A stretch of DNA of 64,000 nucleotides from Nitrososphaerota archaeon (lineage in GTDB: Archaea > Thermoproteota > Nitrososphaeria > Nitrososphaerales > JACPRH01): positions 8,514 through 72,513 of the forward strand of contig JAMCPI010000016.1 of NCBI GenBank assembly GCA_023379805.1, given 5' to 3'. A model generated the notes under the pieces. The model was given only the letters and a program-made list of their open reading frames with translations, did no database searches and was not told the origin of the DNA. Positions 38,935 to 46,895 of this stretch are shown here, one piece after another. Both the position numbers and the translations under genes were made by a program. The stretch's first letter is position 1. Each line of letters begins with the position of its first letter.

Positions 38935-39000
38935 GTAACTCTTCGTTTGGTTTGTGTGAAAGAGGCGTGTTCTTGACCAGCCGATAAGTTACCTAAACCC
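38927..39000. repeat. 14-bp perfect inverted repeat (stem-loop) abutting repeat copy 2
   Basis: gggtttaggtaact (38927-38940) and agttacctaaaccc (38987-39000), separated by 46 nt. Confidence 0.8.
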
Positions 39001-39003
39001 AGA

Positions 39004-39138
39004 AACCAAAACAATCTTTTGAGTTTCGAAAATGTGGCGCTAATAACAATGGATACCTGAAAATGTATCGGGTATCCACCCTCATTTTTTCTTCTAAATT
39101 CCCACACCCATCAGTTTAAAGTTCATGGGCCAACCAGG
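39004..39138 (+). repeat. non-coding repeat family, copy 2
   Basis: aaccaaaacaatcttttgagtttcgaaaatgtggcgctaataac..., then hairpin 39051-39060/39068-39077 (ggatacctga/tcgggtatcc), a T-run, then ...cagtttaaagttcatgggccaac. Confidence 0.8.
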
Positions 39139-39439
39139 ATTGGCACTTAGCTAGGTTCTGATTTCGGATTTTTGCCTGGCAAACAGCAAACTGTTGACCA
39201 ACTATTAGTAACTAACAAGTCAACTTTAAGTGAAATGCCGAGGGCAGAATTTGGAACGGCAATTGCGTGCCGAGACACCAACGATAATCTTAGGTGGCAA
39301 GTGAATGGATGGGTGGGTGCAGGCATGTGGCTCCTGCACCCTGTAGGGAAAATACTGACCAGCTTGTCACCTGAGCCGCCACAACCCCCCCGCTCGGAAT
39401 CAATGCATTTGTGGAGCTAGCGTAATCGATTGATTTTTC

Positions 39440-39476
39440 CAATAAAATAGGGGAGACGATCCTTACAAGATCGTCT
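39440..39476 (-). terminator. hairpin plus T-rich tract downstream of PQQ-repeat gene 1
   Basis: On the minus strand, AGACGATC-ttgtaag-GATCGTCT is followed by cccctattttatt. A similar hairpin follows the paralog. Confidence 0.5.
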
Positions 39477-39485
39477 ATACATCTG

Positions 39486-41762
39486 TTACTTCTTCCGCAT
39501 CGCCAGTACTGCTGCGCCAATGATTGCGATGACAGCTATTCCGACTGCCGCATAAGTTACTTCTGAGGGTAGTCCTGTTGTCTGTGTTACTTGTGATGTT
39601 ACTGTTGAGGTTTGAGCTGGTTGTGTTGAGGTGATTGTGGTTGCTTTTGTGGCAGTGGTTACGCTTGTTGTCGCTGACGTGGTTGTTACTGTGGTTGTTG
39701 CGGTGGTGCTTGAAGTGGCTGTAGTCGTAGAGGTTGCAGTGGTGGTTGTGACTAATGTGGAGACCGATGTTGTAGTTACTGTTGAGGTGATTGCTTGGCC
39801 TGCCGGTTTGTCGGATAGTCCTATGGCCATTAGTGTGCCAGGGACTGTAGGTTGTCCACCTAGTCCGTATCTTGGGTCTCCTGCCGCTATTGCTTGTGGC
39901 CCGGTCATTAGGAATATTTTTGAGTCTCCTGCTGAGTCTTTGCCTATAGTTGTTCCGATTACTACTGGTGCACCGATATTCATTTCTCTGAGCATCTTAC
40001 CGTTGTCTTTGTCGAGGAACCTTACTTTGCCGTCTGTGAAGCCTGAGAAGACCATTCCTCCTGTGACGACGATAGCTGCTCTCTGATGACTGTAGCTGTA
40101 GAACCATGACCATTTCACTTTCCCTGTAGCTATGTCTCTAGCGACGATTGTCGAGTTCGCGATTGGATAGTTTCTTACAGTGAAGAGATTCCCGCCCTGA
40201 ATATAGGGACTCTCCAGCAGTACAGTTCTCTGTAGAGCATCTTCGTAGAGGATTATTGCCTGCCCGTCAGGATCGTAGGACATGTCTGTTGCGAAGATAC
40301 CATTGGTCCAAGCTGGATACACTTCAGCCGGTAATGTGTGGTGTTCTCCCTTTTCACCCGGTTTGGTGGCGGGCCAGCTTATCCAGTTCCATTCTCTCAT
40401 GTCGTGGTAGCTCTTAGGATCGGGCATGTATGTCCTGATGCCGTCGGGCGGAGGTTTAGCTGCAGCTGCGCCTACCTGTCCCCTAGCAACTTGGTCTGGT
40501 ATTACATCTACCTTGTACTTTGGCTTACCTGAAGCTGCATCCATTACGTAGAAGATGCCTTCCTTGCAGCCCTTCACGTAGACTTTGCCTAATGCCTTGC
40601 TGTCGATTAGCATGCCGCTCCAGTTACAGTCATAGTCATACGGATCATGTGGGAATGGCTGTAGCCACCAGACTCGTTTGCCCTGATTCAGGTCAATGGC
40701 CATTATAGTGCTACCGTAGAGTCTTGGTCCAGGTGCGAGAGACATGTTTGAGTATGGTCCTTGGTTGCCAGTGCTTGTGTATAGTATACCTGTATCCTCA
40801 TCTACTACTGGTTGGCCCCAGTTGGCTGTTACTCCAGCCCATTTGCTTATTGGCTCTCCTGGTAATCCCCAGTCCCATTCGAGTCCCTTCTGGTTCACAG
40901 CTGCTACTTCGCTGCACGGAACATCTCTGAAGTAGCCTATGCTGCATTCTTGCAGTGCCCAGTCTTTTACTGGAGTGTCATACGGTGGAGATTCGAAGAC
41001 TCGCCAGAGGACGTTGTAAGGTGGATCCATGCTGATGCCCATTGTGACGTGTCGGGCATCGGGTGCGGTGAGTGTGCTGTGCATCGTGCCGGGTAAGATG
41101 TAGATGAACATATGGCCTTTTTCATAAGTCATCAGGTTCGCTGAGTTAGCTAGACCCATGTTCCCCATGTATTGATACAGGTTACCAGGTATGTTTGCGC
41201 AGAGGTCGTTAACGCGGAACTTCTCCTTTCCGTTATTAGCGTCGATGCCGTAGAAGTCGCATGCAATACCATAATCCAGTATTGCATCTCCGCCTGCCCA
41301 GTATCTGATGCCGTGTGAATGAATAGGCATTGCTACTTTCACGGGTAGCCGCTTCTTCACTGCCTCTATGTCGATGGTGTAGTCATAGACCCATTGCTGT
41401 TTACCGGTCTTTGCGTCTACCGCGTATGTTCTCTTGTAATTAGTCATTACGTAGACTTTGCCGTTATGGACGATTGGTGGGGTGGACGATCCTTCTCCCG
41501 GGTTAGCTGCCTGCATACCTGCAGGTGCTAGTGACTTGCCTCCGATAGGGAAGATCCACTTTACTTCTAGATTGTTGACGTTGTCCTTGTTGATCTGTGT
41601 CTGTGGGCTGTAGTTCTGAGCCCATGAGTTACCGTTGACATTCTGCCAGTCTATGCCATCATTTGCTAGTGGTGCTGCGAATGCTAGTGTTGGTGTGAAT
41701 GTGCTGAATGCCAGTATTACAAGTATTATACAGTTAGTTATCCAATATTTGCTTGATAACAT
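39486..41762 (-). CDS. secreted PQQ-repeat beta-propeller (quinoprotein-dehydrogenase-like) protein with a Thr-rich stalk and C-terminal TM anchor
   Basis: 758 aa. Signal-like N-terminus, repeated A-x-D-x-x-T/S-G-K-x-x-W units (AVDAKTGKQQW, VMDAASGKPKY, ARDIATGKVKW, FLDKDNGKML), about 90 aa of T/S/A/V low complexity, then GLPSEVTYAAVGIAVIAIIGAAVLAMRKK. Confidence 0.8.
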   Translation of the reverse strand: MLSSKYWITNCIILVILAFSTFTPTLAFAAPLANDGIDWQNVNGNSWAQNYSPQTQINKDNVNNLEVKWIFPIGGKSLAPAGMQAANPGEGSSTPPIVHNGKVYVMTNYKRTYAVDAKTGKQQWVYDYTIDIEAVKKRLPVKVAMPIHSHGIRYWAGGDAILDYGIACDFYGIDANNGKEKFRVNDLCANIPGNLYQYMGNMGLANSANLMTYEKGHMFIYILPGTMHSTLTAPDARHVTMGISMDPPYNVLWRVFESPPYDTPVKDWALQECSIGYFRDVPCSEVAAVNQKGLEWDWGLPGEPISKWAGVTANWGQPVVDEDTGILYTSTGNQGPYSNMSLAPGPRLYGSTIMAIDLNQGKRVWWLQPFPHDPYDYDCNWSGMLIDSKALGKVYVKGCKEGIFYVMDAASGKPKYKVDVIPDQVARGQVGAAAAKPPPDGIRTYMPDPKSYHDMREWNWISWPATKPGEKGEHHTLPAEVYPAWTNGIFATDMSYDPDGQAIILYEDALQRTVLLESPYIQGGNLFTVRNYPIANSTIVARDIATGKVKWSWFYSYSHQRAAIVVTGGMVFSGFTDGKVRFLDKDNGKMLREMNIGAPVVIGTTIGKDSAGDSKIFLMTGPQAIAAGDPRYGLGGQPTVPGTLMAIGLSDKPAGQAITSTVTTTSVSTLVTTTTATSTTTATSSTTATTTVTTTSATTSVTTATKATTITSTQPAQTSTVTSQVTQTTGLPSEVTYAAVGIAVIAIIGAAVLAMRKK

Positions 41763-41899
41763 CTTCGAGCAACATATCTTCTAGTCAGATATAAGGTGGG
41801 GTAAGACGGTATCCATACGACCAATTGCTTGATCTAAAGAGGCATGCGCATCGAAATTACGGGCTAGTGAACTTAGGCAATTATTGAGATGATGGAATA

Positions 41900-41940
41900 A
41901 AAAAGAAGGGAGCGACGATCCTTGTTCAAGACCGTCCGCT
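41900..41940 (-). terminator. imperfect hairpin plus T-run downstream of PQQ-repeat gene 2
   Basis: On the minus strand, gcggacggtcttgaacaaggatcgtcgc is followed by tcccttctttttt. Confidence 0.4.
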
Positions 41941-41953
41941 ACCATTATTACTG

Positions 41954-43750
41954 CTACTTCTTTCGCATTACTAGTACTGCTGCTGCGGCAATAGCTATTA
42001 CAGCTACTCCGATTGCTGCGTAGGTTACTTCTGAGGGTAGTCCTGATGTTTCGGTTACTGATGAGACTACTGTGGTTGTTTGAGTTTGTGCCGGTTGTGT
42101 TGATGTTACTGTGGTGGTGGCTGTGGTTGCGGATGTGGTCGTCAGTACGGATGTGGCGATACTTGTGCTTGTCTGGGTGGTTGTCATAGTTGTTGTCTTT
42201 GCTTGGGAGCTTGCTCGTAGACCTATGCCAACTAACGCTCCACCTGGACTGGCAGTGCTTGGTTTTGCACCTGCATTGACAGCTACGACTATCATTGAGT
42301 TACCGGCGCTATCTTTGCCTACTGAAGGTCCTGTGGGTATTTGGGAGCCGAGATTGAGCTTGTATATCTGTTTGCCTGTGTCTTTATCGAGGAAGGCCAG
42401 GTTTCCATCGTAAGATACTATGACCATGCCGCCTGTGACTGGTCTTTGTGTTCCGCTCATGCGTCGCTCGGATCCGGGGAATGGGCCCCAGGTCCATTTG
42501 ACTTTACCAGTGAGGGCGTCTTGTGCGTAGAATGTGCCGTTTTCTGATGCGCCTGTTTTAACTATCATCCATGAGGCTTTTCCTTGAGATGAGGCTAATT
42601 CGAGATCCCAGGTTTTCATGTATTCTGGTGTTAGGTACGCAAAGGAGTAGATTGTGCCTGCCCCGTCGGTTGATGATTCTCCGACCATGCCGCTGTGACC
42701 TAAAGGTAGGAGGACATTATTTTTGTCACATTTTGCACAGTTTCTTCCCACATCGGTCATCTCCATTTTTCCTGCTCCTGCCCACGGTAGAGTAAGCATC
42801 TCTTTGAAGCCTTCCCAGTTACCTGTGACGTGGTTGTACGTTGGTAAGCGATCTTTGTCGAGAACTGGTGCGGGATCGTAAATTATGTTTGCTCTGAACT
42901 TTTCACCGTATAGCGAAGTGATTGGGTCAAATCTCCTCAAAGGTTTGCCTGTGGCAGCATCGATGTAATTCAGAATTCCGTCTTTGCACGCTTTTACTAG
43001 AGCCTTTCCAGTGGTTCCTAGTCCTGGAACTTCTATAAGCATGGGGGAGTAGAATCCACAGTCCATGTCGTATGGGTCGTGCGGATATTCTGAGACCCAC
43101 CACTTCATTTTACCCTTACTCAAGTCGAAGGCTACTAGGCTGCTGCCGTATAGATTTGGTCCTGGCCTAGAAGTGAGGTTTGAGTAGGGACTCTGGTTGC
43201 CGGTCGCTATGTACATTGTATCGGTGTCCTCGTCAATTATTGGCATACCCCAAGTTGCACTTACACCGTTGAGTTTGTGCGGAGGTTGTCCAGGTACTGC
43301 TTGCCAGTCGTATTCAAGCAGGGATTTGTCGCGCTGCGCCACTGTTTGACAAGGAGTGGTCACGAAGTAGCCAATATCACAGTTTTCTAGCGCCCAATCC
43401 TTGGTAGGCTTGTCCTGAGGTGGTTGTAAGAATACTCTCCAGACTATTTGCTTTGTATCCATATCCATGCCGCCAATCCAGTTTCTGAATGAGGAAAAGT
43501 CACCCTGTAGGCTGCCGTATAGACCCACGATGTACTGATTCCCTTTATCCCAAGTAGCTATTTCGGCTGTACCGATGCTTCCTATTAGTGCGTTAGGTGC
43601 CTGTTTGTAGATACTGCCAGGAACATTCAAACAGAGATCAGTGATCCTGAAATTCTCTTTACCTGTATCGGCGTTTATTGAGTAGAAGTCGCAAGCTATT
43701 CCACCTATCAGTATAGCGTTTCCTTTTTCCCAATATCGGAAGGGTTCTGT
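41954..43750 (-). pseudogene. 5'-truncated paralog of the PQQ-repeat beta-propeller protein
   Basis: The frame is open upstream of the track's TTG start. My translation reads *TEPFRYWEKGNAILIGGIACDFYSINADTGKENFRITDLCLNVPG..., which aligns with residues ~152 onward of the 758-aa neighbour (IRYWAGGDAILDYGIACDFYGIDANNGKEKFRVNDLCANIPG). The signal peptide and about 150 aa are missing. The in-frame stop (43751-43753) lies inside the transposon end. Confidence 0.7.
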
Positions 43751-43767
43751 CTAGTTAAGGTACATAG
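43743..43767 (+). repeat. left terminal inverted repeat of the transposon
   Basis: GGTTCTGTCTAGTTAAGGTACATAG. Imperfect pairing extends about 9 nt further outward. Confidence 0.85.
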
Positions 43768-43775
43768 TATAAATA
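43768..43775 (+). promoter_or_regulatory. TATA-box-like element for the S8 peptidase operon
   Basis: tataaata is centred about 32 nt upstream of the TTG start at 43803. This fits a (near-)leaderless archaeal transcript. Confidence 0.4.
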
Positions 43776-43802
43776 TGCGAGCATTTACAAAGCCTGTCAA
43801 GA

Positions 43803-45974
43803 TTGGGCATTAAATCCTCTAAACAAGATGATTTCATAATCGTATCTCCGCATCCAATTTCAGTTACAAGAGAGATAGTTGGAGGAGGCGCGCCCATACC
43901 TGATGATGAAAAGAAGAAAATCAGGGATGAGATTGATGGCAGGCACCTTGACAAAAAGATACATTCGACATCATCCGCGCTCAGGGATAAGGAACTTCAT
44001 GATGAAAGCAAAATCTATTTTATAGCTGAAACCACCCCAAAAGCCACTGCCTCGCAAATAGACTCTGCACTAACGACGCTCAAAGCTGAAGTTCACTCAC
44101 ATCTTGGTAAAGAACACAAGTTGCTACTGGTATCTGCGCCACAAATTACGCTTGACCACTACATCTTTAAGGGTCTGCCACTAGCAGTTAAGAAACCGTT
44201 TGTTGATTTTCGGCCTCTCGAGTTAAAGGAGCAAATCAGCGAAGATATTCTGGATGATAGCAATTGGACTAATGAAGCTAAACCTTTGGTAATACACCTA
44301 ATCCCTAACGTAGATACGCGCCGAACCGAGCGTTACTTTAAGGAATTGGCACAGTATTTTGAAACCAATAAGGTGCCGATACTCTGGAAAACACCGGTTG
44401 AGTACGGCGCACTAATAGTAGTAATGAATGGTAAAGTAGCTAAGAATCTACTAGAGCAGTCAAATTACATCTTTAAGATTCATCGCGTGCCTCGCGGTAT
44501 CCTCACGACTATACCTCGTGACGGTTCTGTGAAAATACCACGCATTAAAGCCAAGTCTTCATCTGTTGAATTAGCGCCCACTTCCTCTGCTAATGCATTA
44601 CCTGTTGTATGCGTGGCAGATAGTGGTGTGGATATAATACCAGCTCTTTCAGGCCATATTGTTGGACGAAAGAAATACCCTAATTTTGGTAGTCCAGATG
44701 ATGGCAGAGATCCAAGAGGCCATGGAACGCCAATTGCATGTCTTGTAGTTCATGGCGAATGTAATGGTTCTCCTAATGGGAACCCCAGAGCCAGAATAAT
44801 ATCGCATAAGATCTATTCGGATCAGAACAGGGACGATGCCCTTCAAGGGATGTTTGAAGCGATAAGAGAGAACTCATCGGAATCAAAAATATTCGTTTCG
44901 TCAGTAAACTTTGAAAACGCGGATCATGCTTTGCCAACTTTTGCTCTACTGGATAAAATAATTCAAGAGCGTAACATCTGTTTTGTGTCCAGTGCAGGCA
45001 ATATAGACGATGAATTGAAGGAGGTAATAGACCGATACCCAACATATATTCAGAATTACCATGTTCTTCACCCAGCTCAGAATGCACATGTCATAGGGGT
45101 AGGTTCGATTGCGAGAAAGGCGAATGCGGATTCGGTAGCGCGGCGTGGCGAGCTTTCGCCTTTTACTAGATGTGGCAAGACTCTTAAGAAGCTATACGAT
45201 GTTTGCAAGCCAGATATCGCAGAACACGGTGGTAACATCTGCCACAACTTTCACACAAGCGAGATAGGCGTATCCTCATTCTGTAAAAATGGTGACCCAT
45301 CTGATGACTTTGCGGGTACAAGCTTTTCAGCACCGCTTATAGCTGGGCGACTAGCCGAGATTGTAGCTAAGTATGGGCACCGTATAAGAAATGCTGAGAC
45401 GTTCAAGGCAGTCCTATTCATGTTCTGCGATAATCGCAATCTCGCATGCTGTGGACATGGCACGCCTCAACATACTCTTGGAGCAGAACCCGATAGCGCT
45501 GTTTTCGTATCAGAAGGGAATATTCGCCTCTCAGACCTTACCATAAAGGGTTCAGAAACCGAATACTGGGATGAAATAACTATCGGCGTTCCCAAGGGCG
45601 TTAGGGAACTCGAAATATGCTTGGTTCATTCCGATGATTATAACGGAATGAGCGAACCAAGCTTGGACACGTATCTTGAAGTCGAAGCTTGGAAAACTGG
45701 ACGAGAAAACTCTCCAGTTGATCCCACCTACGCATCCCCGCGAAAATCGTACGTTAGGTTTCTAAGCTGGAATTTCAAGACCCATAGTATGGAAGGTCAA
45801 TGGAGGCTTAAGATCATCCCACAAACAACAGAAATCATGAACCATCGCGAGAGAAAAGGCATTACAGTGAGGTATGGATGCGTAATCAAGCTGACATCCC
45901 GTAGCGCGATAACTACCACAACTTTGACAAATCTTGCTCAGCAACAAATGCGGAGATGGGGCTTAACCAGATGA
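43803..45974 (+). CDS. cytoplasmic S8-family (subtilisin-like) serine peptidase with an unknown ~260-aa N-terminal region and a ~170-aa C-terminal domain
   Basis: 723 aa. Catalytic triad contexts VVCVADSGVD (Asp), PRGHGTPIA (His), FAGTSFSAPLIAG (Ser), and oxyanion SSAGNID. No signal peptide or TM. The segment before the catalytic domain (ILWKTPVEYGALIVVMNGKVAKNLLEQSNYIFKIHRVP) looks like a subtilase I9-type prodomain. TTG start. Confidence 0.85.
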   Translation: MGIKSSKQDDFIIVSPHPISVTREIVGGGAPIPDDEKKKIRDEIDGRHLDKKIHSTSSALRDKELHDESKIYFIAETTPKATASQIDSALTTLKAEVHSHLGKEHKLLLVSAPQITLDHYIFKGLPLAVKKPFVDFRPLELKEQISEDILDDSNWTNEAKPLVIHLIPNVDTRRTERYFKELAQYFETNKVPILWKTPVEYGALIVVMNGKVAKNLLEQSNYIFKIHRVPRGILTTIPRDGSVKIPRIKAKSSSVELAPTSSANALPVVCVADSGVDIIPALSGHIVGRKKYPNFGSPDDGRDPRGHGTPIACLVVHGECNGSPNGNPRARIISHKIYSDQNRDDALQGMFEAIRENSSESKIFVSSVNFENADHALPTFALLDKIIQERNICFVSSAGNIDDELKEVIDRYPTYIQNYHVLHPAQNAHVIGVGSIARKANADSVARRGELSPFTRCGKTLKKLYDVCKPDIAEHGGNICHNFHTSEIGVSSFCKNGDPSDDFAGTSFSAPLIAGRLAEIVAKYGHRIRNAETFKAVLFMFCDNRNLACCGHGTPQHTLGAEPDSAVFVSEGNIRLSDLTIKGSETEYWDEITIGVPKGVRELEICLVHSDDYNGMSEPSLDTYLEVEAWKTGRENSPVDPTYASPRKSYVRFLSWNFKTHSMEGQWRLKIIPQTTEIMNHRERKGITVRYGCVIKLTSRSAITTTTLTNLAQQQMRRWGLTR

Positions 45975-46594
45975 TTAATTCGAATGATGTTCGTCCTTCA
46001 ACCAAGGTAGTAGGCCAATTTGAAGAGATCATAATTGCTCAACTGGTAAATCATTTCACGTCTCTTGGGTATAGTGCTATCCCCCATGCTAGATTCAACA
46101 TCGCTTGGGGCAGTATTCTTTCAGATCTAGATGTTTTGCTGATAAAAGGTAACTCACTAACCGTTATAGAAGTCAAATCTAAACACGACAATATAGCGCG
46201 TGCAAGACGCCAGTTAAGGGGGATTGCTGATTACATAGATTATGCATATGTTGCAACAGACAAGATACTAAAGCGATGGGATGAGCCTAAAGTAGGATTG
46301 CTATTTGTCGATAAGAAAGGCGTTAAGTTAGTAGTGCATGCTAAGCAATTTACGAGCAGACCCTCTGCTAGGTCTCTTGTGGCTCTACAAAAGAAGTGCC
46401 TCCTTCGCTTCTTAGGTTATAGAAACTACAATTACATGCGGAAATTCAACATAGCCGAGCAGATTAGAGGCGCAGGAGAGGCGAAATCGTTACGCCAATG
46501 TTTGAGTGAAGTAGTGGTTTGTGGCCAGCGCTGTGATTTAGACTGCCCTGTTTGGAACTTTATTGCCCAGAACTCTCAGAAACCCCAGAGCTAG
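45956..46594 (+). CDS. PD-(D/E)xK (restriction-endonuclease/Hjc-like fold) nuclease-like protein
   Basis: 212 aa. FEEIIIAQL (helix with Glu), SDLDVLLI (Asp) and VIEVKSK (E-x-K) appear in the canonical order and spacing. It overlaps the S8 gene. An alternative in-frame ATG at 45971 gives an ATGA start/stop overlap. Confidence 0.6.
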   Translation: MGLNQMINSNDVRPSTKVVGQFEEIIIAQLVNHFTSLGYSAIPHARFNIAWGSILSDLDVLLIKGNSLTVIEVKSKHDNIARARRQLRGIADYIDYAYVATDKILKRWDEPKVGLLFVDKKGVKLVVHAKQFTSRPSARSLVALQKKCLLRFLGYRNYNYMRKFNIAEQIRGAGEAKSLRQCLSEVVVCGQRCDLDCPVWNFIAQNSQKPQS

Positions 46595-46895
46595 ATTTCT
46601 GAATCTTACCCCTAATTCGCCGCTCCCATTCGTCGTACCCAACTACGCCTTTCTCTTCCAGAAGCTCGACTAATGAGGTTAACATAGTGTCGTGCATCCG
46701 TACCTCTTGCTTAACTTGATCAGTCTCGCTTGCGATGCCCTCAACTTTGAAAGAGGGTAGAAGGATGCCCTTATCGGATAGGTGAGCAATTACGATGTTT
46801 CGGATAACTTCTGAATCGCCATCGCCTAGCGTTCCTTTCAGCTCGTCTATGACCTTCCAAACGCCTTCTGGAAGTGATACTAGTGCGCGCCTCAT
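46560..46895 (-). CDS. ribbon-helix-helix (CopG-like) protein
   Basis: I place the start at the internal ATG (MRRALVSLPEGVWKVIDELKGTLGDGDSEVIRNIVIAHL is an RHH pattern). That ATG overlaps the transposase TGA as ATGA (46892-46895). The 3' end overlaps the convergent nuclease-like gene by 35 nt. Confidence 0.55.
   Translation of the reverse strand: MRRALVSLPEGVWKVIDELKGTLGDGDSEVIRNIVIAHLSDKGILLPSFKVEGIASETDQVKQEVRMHDTMLTSLVELLEEKGVVGYDEWERRIRGKIQKSSSGVSESSGQ

Noticed and set aside
39153-39159. Another GGTTCTG heptamer (ctaGGTTCTGatttcgga) as a possible third transposon end
   Set aside because: Only 7 nt match. Several such matches are expected by chance in 64 kb, and there is no extended similarity to the 25-bp TIR.
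39172-39520. ORFs 39172..39420 (+) and 39290..39520 (-) between repeat copy 2 and the PQQ gene
   Set aside because: They overlap each other and the PQQ gene terminator. They have no motifs and likely lie in non-coding spacer.
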